This document shows, one piece after another, positions 37,580 to 52,139 of a DNA stretch of 64,000 bases. Every line of letters begins with the position of its first letter. Position 1 is the stretch's first letter. The notes beneath the pieces were generated by a model. The model did not search any database, was not told where the DNA came from, and saw only the letters and a list, made by a program, of their open reading frames with translations. The DNA is taken from the NCBI GenBank assembly GCA_964016885.1, contig OZ024740.1, positions 410,006,001 to 410,070,000 on the forward strand. The letters run 5' to 3'. The DNA comes from Eledone cirrhosa (Eukaryota). The translations under genes and the position numbers were made by a program.

Positions 37580-37700
37580 TATATATATACAATATATCAT
37601 ATATATATGTAATATATAAATATTATATATATATACACACACATATATATATACAATATATTATATATATATGTAATATATAAATATTATATATATATAT
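37304..37700. repeat. Degenerate (TA)n low-complexity tract
   Basis: Read directly from the sequence. Confidence 0.9.
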
Positions 37701-37941
37701 GCATGTGTGTGTGTTTATGTGTAATGGTGTGATTGTAAGTGGTAAAGATAATAGAAACGCAATGAAAACACTGAAATCCTACTAATATAATGCCTCAGGC
37801 AAAACTTATTATCGCTCATTGTATTCATAACATTGCATATATTTTAATATAATTCCACAATTCAACTATTATATCAACATAGTAAATATTGGAAGCTTCA
37901 ATAACACATTTTGTTGCTGCTATTTTCATTGTAGTTATTTT

Positions 37942-38004
<63 letters not shown>

Positions 38005-38019
38005 GTTGTTGTTGTTATT

Positions 38020-40297
38020 CCTTGAATCTCAGTCATTGATGTTGGTTAACTGGAAAGTCCGTTGGAATGAATATCAAGCCACTACCTGCAGCCTCAGATA
38101 TTCAGGACGTATCGGAGGGTTCTTGCTGTTCCAAGCAAGCATGCCTTTTGAAGCGTTCCAAAAAGCGTGAAGGGGCCGATTTTCTTTAACCATCCCTGGA
38201 AACTTTTGGAGATAGTCCCCAGTGCGCCTATGACAATCGGGATCACTTTGACTTCATGGCAGTTCCAAATCCTTTTCACCTCCCACTTTAGGTCCTGGTA
38301 TCGGTTAATTTTCTCCCTCTCCTTCTCTTGCACTCTCGTGTTGAACGGGCAGGCCACATCCACAATCAGACACGATCTTTTTTCTTTGTCCACAACCACC
38401 AGGTCAGTCTATTGTGTTCCAGTTTTTTGTCCGTCTGTATCCTAAAATCCCACAGCACCTTCACCTGATTGTTCTCCATCACCGCCTCTGGTCTATGCTC
38501 ATACCATTTCTCAGAATGTGGTAAATTGTTTACTTTGCACAGGTGCCAGTGGATCACCCTGCCCATCACATCGTGTCTCCAGCCCTTATAGTGGGTCTGG
38601 GCTAGGTGTTTACACTTGGACACAATGTGAGCCACAGTTTCCTCTCTCTCTCCACAGATCCTGCACAGTGGGCTAGCCTCCTCCTTGTAAATATGGTGCT
38701 TCAACCACTTCGTTTTGAGGGCCTGCTCCTGCGCAGCCATTAGCATTCCTTCTGTAGCCTTTTTGAGGTCTCCTCTTCTCAACCAGTTCCATGTCTGTGG
38801 ATCTCTAAATTCAGTTTTCTCAAAGAAGGTACTATGAAGGGATTTTCCCTTAAGGCTGCTCTTCCTCCTTGATGTTATTTCCTCCTTGGACATCCCCTGG
38901 CCTACTGTCCCCTCCTTCAGTACAGTTCTGAGCATTGGCTCCTTACTATAGGTCACGTATTTGTATAGGTTGTTTTTCTCCATCTGAACACAGTCCTCTA
39001 TGCTGATAAGACCTCTTCCACCCTCAGATCTCCTTAGGTAGAGTCTATCGACATCACTCCTCTTGTGGAACATGTTGTAGATAGTCAATAGCTTCCTAGT
39101 CTTCCTATCCATTTCTTTTTGTTCAGCAACATTCCATCTCAGAATTCCCGCACTGTACCTAATAATAGACACAGCTCGGGAATTTACTGCGCTTATGGCA
39201 TTTCTGCTGTTCAGATGTGACTTCAATACGATCTTTACTCTCCGAATGTATTCAGTTCTTAACAATTCCTTCATTTTTTTGTTCTTTATGCCATCAGCCT
39301 CCAGAACGCCCAAATACTCAGAGTCAATTTCCTTTATCATCTCACCTGTTGGTATCTGGATCCCGTTACTTCTGCTCAACCTACCCCTCCTCATCACAAT
39401 GACTCCACATTTACTAATACCAAACTGCATACATATATCACTGCTGAAAATACGGACAGTGTCAACAAGCACATCCAACTCCTTCTCACTTTTCCCGAAG
39501 AGCTTAAGATCGTCCATGAAGAGGTGATTGATGGTAAGCTCTCCCTTTCCCAACTTGTATCCTGCTCTCACTTTTCGCAGCATAATGGTCAAGGGCATCA
39601 GGGCAAGGACAAACAACAGAGGGGACAGGCTATCTCCCTGGAAGATACCTCTCTTGATCTTCACGCTTCCCAAGGATACTCCAGTTGATGTCAACTCTGT
39701 CTCCCAGGACCCCATACTCCTGCCCAGCAACTGTTATCTGCCACCCTGAAGATCTCCAGGCTTTTGGTGATCCAAGAATGAGGCACCATGTCAAATGCCT
39801 TTCTGTAGTCTATCCATCCCATGGCAAGATCAGTGTGTCTCCTCCTGCAATTCCCCATTACCATCTTATCAATAAGTAACTGGTCCTTTGTACCACGTGA
39901 CTTCTTTCGGCATCCTTTCTGTTCGTCCGGTAACAAGTTGTTTGTGTGGAGGTGATGGTAGATTTCGTCAGACACAATGCTCGTCAACAGTTTCCACATT
40001 ACGGACAGACATGTGATAGGTCTATAGTTGGTAACATCATTACCCTTGATTCGGTCTTTCATTATCAGAACTGTGGTACCTTTTGTCAACCACTGTGGCA
40101 CCTCACCCGACACCAAGCAGTCATTGAACATGGCCGTCAGCTTCGGGTGGAGGGATGTTAAATTTTTAATCCAATACCCCTGCACACCATCTGGGCCTGG
40201 TGATTTCCAGTTGGTTAGTTTTTTGGCCTGCCCCCTAAGAGTTTCAACTGTGATACTCAAATCAGTTTGTTGGTGTGCCTGCTCACCGATCTCCCTC
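38020..40297 (-). mobile_element. R4/Dong-like RT-RLE LINE, 5'-truncated, inside a (TAA)n tract
   Basis: WKSPGPDGVQGYW, IDYRKAFDMVPH, GIFQGDSLSPLLF, HLFMDD, CRICGEREETVAHIVSKC, IVDVACP and RYQDL motifs; (TTA)n on both sides. Confidence 0.92.
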
Positions 40298-40316
40298 TTA
40301 TTATTACTATTATTAC

Positions 40317-40356
<40 letters not shown>

Positions 40357-40357
40357 T

Positions 40358-40560
40358 AGGGCGGTGGATTGGCAGTATCAGTAGAGGGTCGGACGCCATG
40401 CTTTGACGCAAAGAGTTACATCTCTTTACGATCTGAGTTCAAATCCCGCCGAGGTTAACTTTGCCATTCATCCTTACGGGGTCGATAAAATAAAGTACCA
40501 GCAATGCACTGGGTAATTGCTGGCCTTGTGCCTAAAGTAGAAACAATTATTATTATTATT
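40358..40560 (+). mobile_element. SINE family A
   Basis: Full-length copy within (TTA)n. Confidence 0.9.
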
Positions 40561-43500
40561 AACATAACATTAAAAAAAATGTTCCCCACATCAATTGGAG
40601 ACTACCGAGGGAACATCACGAAAAGAATATTCACGGATATTCTCGTGGAGAAACCCACCAATGGTCGGAGGGATGGATCACACACCCCCTTCCTAAAGAA
40701 GAGCCACAGTAAGTTTTTTGTACCTCTCCCCTCTCACTTGTTTTCCTCCTATCCTAGCCAACATGGCTACGCTCAGAATAGGTAGCATAAATGTACGTGG
40801 CCTAGGGTCGTCTTGGAAACAGGGGCACCTGCTGAACGATCTCAGGTCGCTAAACATAGATGTGGTGGCCATCAGCGAGACCAGAATCTCCGAGGCACGG
40901 GCCTTCGCACCGATCTTCGGCGGCTACGATGTGTACGCATCTCCCAGCCGTCCTGGATCGGGGGGAGGAGTTGCTGTGCTTTTTCGGAGAGGTTTGGATC
41001 TCGCCATACGGGCCATCTTCCTGGACCCAGAAGGTAAATTGGTGGTACTGGACGTGACCAGCGGAGACGGGCAAGCTTTCAGGCTAGTGGCCGTCTATGC
41101 CCCGACAGGTGCAGGGCCGCCTGATGTCTTCCGGCGTCAGGAGTCCTTTCTTGGAACGTGACGCTCTTTAGTGTTAGTGAGCGACTGGGACGGGATCTTA
41201 GATGCACGCTGGGACTGTGTGGGATTAGCGGATAGGGGATGAGGGTGCAAGAGCCTCACCAATCTGCTCAGGCGTTTTGAACTGTCTGCCAGGTACCGAT
41301 TGGATTTCCCGAATGTGCCAATGTGGACGTGGACAAACCGTATCGGGTCATCCAGATCATATCTAGATAGAGTATTTTGTAGGGAAATAGATAGGTCTAG
41401 TATAGGCTGTCCACAATTCAAGATAGTCAGCTACACGGACCACAAATTCCTGATCTGTGTGGTTGACTTAGATAGGCTTCATAGACAAGGACCCGACTAC
41501 TGGAAGCTAAACGCGTCCTTACCAGCACGCAAGGCCTACAGAGACCGGATTAGCGAACTAGTTAAGCGGGCGTTGACGGGGGCCATTGTCAACAACAAGT
41601 GGTGGTTTGCTCTAAAAAGAGCGATTAGAATAGAGTCCATTAGGTTTAGTAAGGCTTTAGCAATAGAGAAAAATAGAGCAGAGGGAGAACTAGTTAGAAA
41701 ATTATCCGAGGCGCTTAGCAAAGGCATTGCGACCGACGTACTTGCGGCGAAATTGGCCCTTGACCAATTCTTCAATGCAAAGCACGAAGGCTGCGTTGTC
41801 AGACACGAGGGGACGAAAGCCATTCAATGGGCCCGAGTGGCGGAGGCGCGTCGTGGCAACAAAGCCACGATCCGGTCTTTGGTGGACCACGACGGGCGCA
41901 TGCTACTCGATCCCGGCAAATGTGTGAAGCTTTTCAGCGACACTTCGCTCAGCTGTTCGGGGGCAGCGGCGGGCCGGATCGAGGGATGGACTTTAGTGTC
42001 TACCGCGACGGACTGCCGCGGCTCTCGGCCACTGAAGCGGAGTGTTGCGAAAAGCCAATAAGAGCAGCTGAAGTACGGGAGGCAATGACTGGCTGCACAA
42101 GGGGTAAATCGCCTGCTTTGGATGGTCTGCCCTATGAACTTTACGTACATATGCCAGACTTGTTCGGATGCCTCTTGGCGGACGTCTACTGCAACTGGAA
42201 ACAGAACGGGAGAATTCCCAGCTCTGTGAGCCGAGGTGCGGTGGCGCTGCTGAAAAAGGATCCGAACAAGGGGGATAACATAAATAATTTCAGGCCCATA
42301 ACTCTGCTAAACACAGAGTTCAAGATTTTGGCCAAGGTGCTAGCAAAGAGGTTGGCGCTTGTCATTGGTGGTCTGGTGGGAGAGGCGCAGACATGCGCCA
42401 TTCCCGACAGATCCATCCACGACAACCTCCACCTCATGCGATACATCGTAGAGAGGGTAGCTAGGGAATCTGGCACGGGTGGGTCCTTGATCAATTTAGA
42501 TCAGTCGAAAGCTTTCGATAGGGTCGACCATCGTTATCTGACGGCAGTCCTGAGGGTGGCTGGCTTTGGGCCCGTCTTCAGAGGCTGGATCGCTGCCATG
42601 CACAGCGACATCTGCTCTGTGGTGAGAGTGAACGGTCACCTTTCGGAACCGTTCAACATCATGTGCTCGGTCCGCCAAGTATGTCCCCTCTCGTCCCTCT
42701 TGTACGTATTGACTCTCGAGCCATTACTGCACAAACTGGGGATGTTGAGGGGGATCCCGCGCGAACTAGGATGCGGAAGATCCGTGTCAGCATATGCGGA
42801 AGATGTCACCGTAGAGGTGTCGAACGCCAAACACATCGAGGCGATCGGCACTACACTAAAAGAATACGAAGCGGTGACAGGAGCAATGATCAACCAGGAA
42901 AAATCAGTGGTCCTGCAGCTCGGCACCTGGAGAGGCAGGTCCATGCCGTCCAACGGCGTCGTCGGGCGCTGGACGGACGGACCGGTTAAATTTATAGGGG
43001 TCTGGTTCGGTCCGGACCTCCAAACGGACAAAAACTGGGTCGAGGTGACGAGCAGGGTGGCTTCTCTCACCCAGAAATGGGCAGAGAGTAAGCTATCCCT
43101 GAAAGGTCGAGCGGAGGTGGCTAACGCGTACATCGCGTCCGTCATCTACTACCGTCTGACCGTTGTGCCTTGTCCTAAGTCTCGCCTGACGGCACTGGAG
43201 CGTTTGCTCTTTCGCTTTTTGTGAAAGGGACACGCTCCGATGTTCAGGCGGTCAATCTGCTGTCAACACCCGCTACGTGGAGGGCTGGGCATGCCGTGGC
43301 TGATGATGCGCAGACACGCGCTCAGGCTACGACATCTCCATCTCTTCCTCGACGGTGATCAGGTGTGGTCGCCATTTGCTAGACGCGTCTTTCCCCAGCT
43401 CATATCCTTGGTGGAGCTGCAGTCCTGGGTCAAGCGACGACCGAGAGGGAGCGCTTGGAGACTGGAATGTCTTCAGGCACTCACAGCCCTCGACCAATCG

Positions 43501-44345
43501 GACAATGTGATCGGTGGAAACTCCACCTTGGCGTTCTATAGAGGATTAGTGGAGGGGAAGAGCGACGACGTACTTGGGGAAACTCTAGGCGTCGACGAAA
43601 ATCAACTAGCCAATCTCTTTGGAAGAACTTTCGGGCCGGGGCCTATGGACAACTTCCAGAAATCCCTGGCCTGGCAGTGCTACCGAGGAGCTTTGCCAGT
43701 TGGGGGTAAACTCTACAGGCATGGAGGTGCCGTCAGCCGGGCATGTCCGAGATGCGCGCAGGGCGACGAAACCGTCCTGCATGCACTCGTCCAGTTTCCG
43801 AGCATTGCTGACTTGTGGGTTTATGTCGAACACTTGCTGTCGCGTGTAGAACGGATCCGACTATCAGCTGAGTCCTTTTCCTTTAGCCGGGAAGGGCAGG
43901 CAGTTTTTATCTGTCTGGTGGCCATGGCGAAAGAGATAGTATGGTGGACGCGTCTGAAAGGGCTGAAGACGAGCACTTAACTCTTCGGTGATGCCCTGAT
44001 TAACTTTTTCCAATTTCATTTGAAAAGGAAAATCAGGGTAGAGAGTGAGGTGCTCTCTTCCCAGCTTTTTGTTGAAAGATGAGAGAGAGAGGAAAGAATG
44101 GCCCGAGTGAATGGACCTACTCTGAGTATATGCCCGTAAATTGAAGGTGGAAACATGAGAGAGGACACTTGCCCTGGTGGTCAGGGTCACCGTGGCTTTT
44201 TTTAATGGGCTTTCTCCACGATGGCCCTCGGAAGTCTCCCCCTATTGGGGAATTTTTCAGTTCTTTTATTACATCCTGTTTTTTTAGTTTTTTTTTTACA
44301 CGCAGAAATGGCCATTTGTACCCTCCTGTATTGTCCTGTACTGTC
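40561..44345 (+). mobile_element. Tx1/L1-type LINE copy 2 (end of ORF1 + ORF2 from 40763, with stops and frameshifts)
   Basis: ORFs 40718-41161, 41300-42061, 41827-43224 and 43240-43980 are homologous to 13973-17375. The catalytic motif is decayed to YAED. Confidence 0.93.
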
Positions 44346-47300
44346 CTTAATGTCTACTTAGAAAATGCCAAACAAATGGTAAAGAAAGATGGGTACATGA
44401 TCAGCCTCCCCCCCCACACCTAATAAAATGGAGCATCGGCGCCTATGCACCATGTCTTATCGGACGATTAACATAAAATCGCGCCGAGTGGAACGAGCAT
44501 CCGAGTCCCAAATCCCAAAAGCTTTGGGACATGTGTGGGCAAAAAACCCCACATCAGACGTGGGCAGAAATATGGAACCGTGGACGTGTTCTTTGAAACA
44601 CCACAGGAGGCCAGAGAACACTCCATGGCCCTATTAAGAAGTGACGACTTCACACTCGTCCCAAGCTATTGTGGCCAGAGACTCGTGAAGATCAGGGTGA
44701 CCCACATTCCACCGGCCATCGAAATTCCCTGGCTAATCGCTGCCGTCCTCGCCGGCATCGAGGCCAACACCAAGATAATCGAAATAGCGAAAGAAAAGCA
44801 GGAGAACTGGTCCGGATCTGGGATGGAGCTCCTGATCCAAGCGGACCAATAAAAAAAAAAAAGCATTGAGGAGATCCCAGAGGTAATAGACCTCACTGAC
44901 GGCAGCCACCTCACCGTAATCGTCGAGGGCAGAAGGCCTAGGTGTGTCGTTTGTGGTGAAGGAACCCACCTAAGGGCTTTCTGCCCTCAGGCTAAAAGGT
45001 TGAGGCCACCTCTCTTACCCACCCCAGTGACTCAACCATCAACACCACCAGCAGCAGAAATGGCAGCAACAACTGTAGCAGCAACAACAGAAGCAACTGT
45101 AACAGCAACAACCCTAGCAACAGTAGCAAAACCAACACCACCACCACCCAACGCGCCAGAACTAGCACCAGCGCCTACACCATCCACCACGCCACAACCA
45201 AAACCAACGCCTGTGGAGGATTTTCAACTCCCCGACCTATCGCAACTGTAGACAGATTGTGACGACGAGGAGTGGGAAACGGTATCAGGAAAAAAGAAAA
45301 AAAGAAAAAGAAACCAAAAAAGAAAAAGAAACCCCAAAAGAAAAAAATCCTCTTCCTTCCCCCTCCAAAAACAAAATACAGAGGGAAACAAATAAACAAT
45401 CAAACAAAAAAGTTAAGACAGCTATGCCACCATCCACACCAACATCACCAACCCCATCACCACAAACACCAACACCATCACCATCATTAACCCCAACACC
45501 ACCATCACCAACACCACAAAAGTCACCAAAAAGCGAAACAGAAACAAACCCACAACAAACGCAAACAAAACAAAACATCCAAAACGATACACACTACACA
45601 GCATTAAATTTGAACAACAAATCCCGCCGAGGTTAACTTTGCCTTTCATCCTTACGGGGTCGATAAAATAAACTACCAGTAATGTACTGGTTAATTGCTG
45701 GCCTTGTGCCTAAAGTAGAAACAATTAAATTTTAACAACAACCAATTATTACACTAAATCCAACACAACACCAGCATCACAGAAAAAGACTACACGACAA
45801 CCCAACAGTTCACACCACCTCCACACATACAAATCACTCGCATCACACAGAAAACGTACACGACACTAAAACAAAAATTCCCCATAGACATCGGAGGCTT
45901 CCGACAAGCAATCTCCAGGAGGATTTATAAGGACGTACTTCCGGAGGAGGCCACAAGCAGTGAAAAGGATGGAGAAACCATCCTTCCTCTACGAGAAGGT
46001 AAGTGGTCTTTCCCATCTTTTCCACTCCATTTCAACATGACCTCACTCAGAATAGGCAGCATAAATGCGCGTGGCTTGGGGTCATCATGGAAGCAGGGCC
46101 ACCTGTTCAACGACCTCAGGTCACTAAACATAGATGTAGTGGCCATCAGCGAGACCAGAATCTCCGAAGCACGGGCCTTCGCACCGATCTTCAGCGGCTA
46201 CGATGTGTACGCATCTCCCAGCCGTCCTGGATCGGGGGGAGGAGTTGCTGTGCTTTTTCGGAGAGTTTTGGATCTCGCCATACGGGCCATCTTCCTGGAC
46301 CCAGAGGATAAGTTGGTGGTGCTGGACGTGACCAGCGGAGACGGGCAAGCTTTCAGGCTAGTGGCCGTCTATGCCCCGACAGGAGCAGGGCGGCCTGATT
46401 TCTTCCGGCGTCTGGAGACCTTTCTTGGAACGTCCCGCTCTTTAGTGTTAGTGGGCGACTGGAACGGGATCTTACATGCACGCTGGGACTGTGTGGGATT
46501 AGCGGATAGGGGTGGAGGGTGCAAGAGCCTCACCAACCTGCTCAGGCGTTTTGAACTGTCTGCCAGGTACCGATTGGATTTCCCGAATGTGCCAATGTGG
46601 ACTTGGACAAATCGCATAGGGTCATCCAGATCATATCTAGATAGAGTATTTTGTAGGGAAATCGATAGGTCTAGCATAGGCTGTCCACAATTCAAGATAG
46701 TCAGCTACACGGACCACAAATTCGTGATCTGTGTGCTTGACTTAGATAGGCTTCATAGACGAGGACCCGGCTACTGGAAGCTAAACGCGTCCTTACCAGC
46801 GCTCAAGGCCTACAGAGACCGGATTAGCGAACTAGTTAAGCGGGCGCTGACGGGGGCCATTGTCAACAACAAGTGGTGGTTTGCTCTGAAAATAGCGATT
46901 AGAACAGAGTCCATTAGGTTTAGTAAGGCTGCTGAGAAAGAATCCGAACAAGGGGGATAACATAGATAATTTCAGACCCATAATTCTGCTAAACACAGAG
47001 TTCAAGATTTTGGCCAAGGTGCTAGAAAGAGGTTGGCGCTTGTCGTTGGTGGTCTGGTGGGAGAGGCGCAGACATGCGCCATTCCCGATAGATCCATCCA
47101 CGACAACCTCAACCTCATGCGATACATCGTAGAGAGGGTAGCTAGGGAACCTGGCACGGGTGAGTCCTTGATCAATTTAGATCAGTCGAAAGCTTTCGAT
47201 AGGGTCGACCATCGTTATCTGGCGGCAGTCCTGAGGGTGGCTGGCTTTGGGCCCGTCTTCAGAGGCTGGATCGCTGCCATGCACAGCGACATCTGCTCTG

Positions 47301-47612
47301 TGGTGAGAGTGAACGGTCACCTTTCGGAACCGCTCAACATCATGCGCTCGGTCCGCCAAGGATGTCCCCTCTCGTCCCTCTTGTACGTATTGACTCTCGA
47401 GCCATTACTGCACAAACTGGAGACGTTGAGGGGTGTCCCGCGCGAACTAGGATGCGGAAGATCCGTGTCAGCATATGCGGACGATGTCACCGTAGTGGTG
47501 TCGAACGCCAAACACATCGAGGCGATTGGCATTACACTAAGAGAATACGAAGCGGTGACAGGAGCAATGATCAACCAGAAAAAGTCAGTGGGCCTGCAGC
47601 TCAGCACCTGGA
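44346..47612 (+). mobile_element. Tx1/L1-type LINE copy 3 (ORF1 remnant + internally deleted ORF2)
   Basis: ORF1 GRRPRCVVCGEGTHLRAFC near 44925-44985; ORF2 from 46037 is near-identical to copy 2, with a deletion of about 590 bp at 46930. A SINE A half is inserted at 45619-45727. Confidence 0.92.
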
Positions 47613-47745
47613 CTCACCACTACCACCATCACCATCATCAATCCGAACACCACCACCACCAACACCACAACAAACACCACTACCACCATCACCATCATCA
47701 ATCCGAACACCACCACCACCAACACCACAACAAACACCAACAATA
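47613..47745. repeat. 60-bp tandem duplication, CAC-rich
   Basis: caccactaccaccatcaccatcatcaatccgaacaccaccaccaccaacaccacaacaaa occurs twice. Confidence 0.85.
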
Positions 47746-47789
47746 AGGTAAACAGAAAGATTCCCACATGCGTCAGTCAGTGAGAGATT

Positions 47790-48270
47790 GCAACAGTTTC
47801 TTGGATGCATTGTAGGACTGTGTGGGGCTGGCAGATAAAAGGGGGTAGCGTAAAAGCCTCACAAACCTGCCCAGATGTTTCCAAGTTTTTAACAGGTGCC
47901 GATTTCCCGAATGTGACAATGTCCACAAACTAAAGTGGTCGGCACACAAACCTCAAATCTTTGATCCGTACAGTCGACCTAAATAGGCTCCATTCCCGGT
48001 TACTGGAAGCTGAACGCGTCCTTACCTGGCACGCAAATCTTACAGAGACCAGATTAATGAACTAGTTAAACGGGCTTTGACGGAAGCAATCGCCAACAGC
48101 AAATGGTGGTTCGCCTTGAAAAGACACAATTCAGTTTTTGGTGGATCACGATTGACATGTGCTACTCGATTCCAAACTAATTGGTGCAAAGTACTCAATT
48201 CTTCGGGACGAGTTGTGGGCCTGATTGTAGGAAGGACTTCAGTGCTTACCTCGACAGCCTGCCGTGACTT
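47790..48270 (+). mobile_element. Degraded Tx1-type ORF2 fragment
   Basis: tactggaagctgaacgcgtccttacc...aaatggtggttcgcc matches the YWKLNASL...KWWFAL region of copies 2 and 3. Confidence 0.75.
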
Positions 48271-51019
48271 TTGGTAAGAGAAAAGGAGATAACACGATTT
48301 TATTTCACATATTGTAATTTATCTCACGATTACTTTTTGTTTTACATCAGGATTCATTTACTTGCATTGTAATATCTGTTATATCTGGTATGTCTAATGC
48401 TGTGCGTTTTGCTTTTGAAGACTGTATAATTAGATTATTCTTTTCTGATCTTGTGCCTCTTTGAGTATAGAGTAAAAGTTTTTGGTTCTGTAACTGTCTA
48501 TAAAAAATGTCATGATTTTTACTGTAGGTAATTGTTTCGTTTAAATATAGACTTTATAGAGTATTTCTAGTTGCACCAAACATATTCTATTCTGTCTAGA
48601 GATATAAATGTACTGCGTCAGCTTCTAATTGATGTGGTCCAGATTTCTTTTCTCTTCTCGAAGAGTTTTGTGTGAAGCATTAGACACGTCTTCCTATCAT
48701 TGATTCCGTATATGAATTATTTGTATTACTTTTTGTCGAGACAGAATATCCTCAGATTTTGGTGTTTTATTATATAAGAGATCATATATAACCAGATGGC
48801 GACATATCTATTAAATATAAAGAGGAAATGAGAAAGCGCAATATTTATAATTTTTCTATGGATATTTCGGACACAAAAGAACGGAAATGAAAAGAAAGTT
48901 TGTAACTAGGAATCGAAATAGGGTCGATGACATTATGGATGTTGTATATAAATAATGTGCCACAGCCTTTCAACGAGCAAAAAGTGAGACTAACGATATA
49001 AACGAATATTAGCAATGAATGCAATCTTTGTTGAGTGTGGTATTATTACAAAAGCTAAGAACTACATCTTTGTTATTGATGGAAAAAGTAAGAAAAGAAA
49101 AAAAGAAAAAAAAATCTCTCACAAATCACAGGATGTTTTCAAACTAACACAGATCGAAGTTAAAGTTCGTGATGGTACCGAGTGTTGTGTTTTTAAGCTG
49201 CTTAGAAGAGTCACGAAAAGGAAGTTTAGTTGATGGAAATAATTCTACACCAGTTTAAAGCATTTCCTTTATGGTTTTATTCTCTCATCAGTTAACAATT
49301 TTCTTCTAACGTTTAAATGTTTCGGTTGCTATGGTAATGGCATGCTATTATCAAATTAACAGTTTCAGATAAGAATTGTATAGTTCAGCTACAATAGAGG
49401 AACAGGTAATAATGTAGTTTTGACGTAGACAAAAATAGCATGCATATATCTTTAACTGCAACACAAATTATATTAGTTTAAGATACTTTGAAAACACCCG
49501 CTGCTGTTTTCTATGCAAAAACGTGAATTTACTATCTAATTCAGATCACCGCCACTAATTTGTGGGAAGTTCTGAGAGCTAAATCTATAACACGGTTTCG
49601 ATTTCTCACATAATATCGACGTGTACTAGGTTAATGATTCGGTCGTTCGTATTCTCTTATCAACATCATATGGCCAACAGAATTTGCTCTCTATTGATGA
49701 GGGCTTCCCAAACTTTAAATTGGATGTAACAGATGATATAATTCCCGATTATAAGCAGCGGGAGCACTGTGTAATATTCGTGTATTTTGTTTACTTTCAG
49801 TGTTAAGTTCAATTTTTCCGGCGAAAATATAACCTACTAACAATAACCTTAGGGATGTACCTATCATTTGGTGTATTTGTTTCTCATCTATTCACTGCTA
49901 TAGAATTCAGATGAACGCATAGTCCTTATAGATGTTAGTGGTTCAGGAAATATGTTAGAGTTTCTTTCTTGTACCTGGTATTTGTAACAATAGTTAATAA
50001 ACTTGCCATTACATTGTATGAAGACGAACAACTTCATGGTGACCTAACAGACCATTAAGAGTTAAAGACATTTTCAGTTATAAAAAGAAAATATTCCCTT
50101 TTCCTCCTCCTTTGTGGAGAAAACTAATAAATAAATTCAATCTGATGATAAATCTCAAAGTAAAATCTTATTGTAATTCATTGATCACAATCGAAGTATG
50201 GAATTTCTATAAATTTCTATAGATTTTTTGATAAATATTTTCAGAAATTCGATGTTCCAATGTATGAATTATCTTCTATTTTGATGTATTTCTTAGCACA
50301 TGCACCCCCCCCACACACACACAACCACACGCCCACACACCCACATACACATATACACGCACACCCATACACACACATAGACACATAGACATACCCACAC
50401 ACCCACATACACATACACACGCACACACACACACAGACACACACACAGACACACACACGCACCCCCTCCCCCCACACACACCATAGATATCATGTTTACC
50501 TGCTTAGGTAACGACTTTAGTTTATACAGTTAAAAGTTGTTTCCATAAACTACTGATTCAAGTTTTAGTTTTATTCCTTGGAATGTAATTATCCGAAAGA
50601 ACAGTGTCTTTATGTTTTAAGTAACTCTAACTTAACATATTTTCCTACGGAAAGTCATTCGCACAGTTAAAATAAAGAAGCAAAAACATTTAGTAGCATC
50701 ACAAATGTCTTCAGAATTAATAGATATTCTAATGTTTATTTAATCTTACAAGGAAACTCCAGACTCCTTGGAGAATTTATGGAACACTCATATTATCTTC
50801 TTCTTCTACTTGACTCCTTTCCTCCATCGAAGGTGGAGCAATCATTTTGCTTTTTCTAATGGCTAGAATACATGCGGCTGGCTACACCTGCATACTCGTA
50901 GATTTCTCCGCTAACTGGAGCAGTTGTGCCAGCCCATTTTCAAATAGTCGAACATCTGTGAAGCCATTGGTGTTCATTGGTGTCATCTAATTAAACTGAT
51001 GATCGTCGCAGGAGCTACA

Positions 51020-51720
51020 GCTTACAGAGGCTGGATCGCTGCAATGCACAGCGGCATCTGCTCGAGGTCAAAGTCGACAGCTACCTACCGAAAGCGTTCC
51101 AGATCACGCGCTGGGTCTGTCAAAGATGCCCCACTCTCCTCCCTTCTGTACGTATTAATTCTGAAGCCATTACTGCTGAAGTTGGAGCTGTTGCAGTGCA
51201 TCACGCTCGAACCGAAATTTCGACTGCGCAGGCATATATGGATGACGTCACCGTGATGGTGTCGAACACCTTGGAATTTGAAGTAGTTGGTGCCTACTTA
51301 AAGGAATATGAATGGTTGACGGGAGCAAAGATCAATCCAGAAAAGTCGGTGGGTTTGCAACTCGGCACCTAGAAAGACAAATTAATGCCGTTCAACAATG
51401 CTCGGGGTTTGGTTTGAGCCAGACCTTCAGGTAGATAATAACTGGCACGATGTAACGAGCAGGTTGCCACTTTCACCCCAGAGATGCGTCGAGAGGAAGT
51501 TATCCCTGAAAGGCCAGGTGGAGGTGGCGGACGCGTACATAGCATTTGTCCTCCATTGCCACCTGACCGTCGTGCATTGCCCCCGTTCGAGCTACGCTAA
51601 ATTGGAGCGGTTCCTCTTCAACTTCTTGTGTAAAGGACTGGTTCGAGTTGTTAGGCGGTGCATCTGCTGCCAGCACCTCCTACAATGAGGGCTGGGTATG
51701 CCGTGGCCGATGATGCGCAA
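51020..51720 (+). mobile_element. Degraded Tx1-type RT fragment
   Basis: RGWIAAMH, LLYVL, GVWF...KLSLKG...RCICCQH motifs. Confidence 0.8.
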
Positions 51721-51744
51721 ACTGCCACTGCCACCAATACCAAT

Positions 51745-51950
51745 AATGATTTCTAGTATAGGCACAAGGCCAGTAATTTGGAGGAAGGGGAAAGTCGATT
51801 AAATCGACCCCAGTACGTTACTGGTGCTTTATTTTATCGACCCCGTAAGAATGAAAGGCAAAGTTAACCTCGGCGGGATTTGAACTCAGACCGTAAAGGA
51901 CCATAATTCTATGCTACAAAACGTGGCGTCCGACTCTACCGATACTGCCA
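51745..51950 (-). mobile_element. SINE family A
   Basis: Reverse complement of the family sequence. Confidence 0.85.
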
Positions 51951-52139
51951 CTGTCACCAATACCAATAATGACACTACCACCACCGCCAGCACCACCAAC
52001 AACAACAACTACAACAATAATAGCAGCAACAGCAGCAATAACAGTGAAGCTAATACATACAGCGACGATAAAATTCGTAGAATAAAAGATATATGAAAAT
52101 GGATATCCCGCATTAGCGGAATCTAGCACCGCCCCACGT

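Noticed and set aside
47033-47746. RT fused to a His-rich domain
   Set aside because: The His-rich tail is read-through into a CAC-rich 60-bp duplication after RT truncation.
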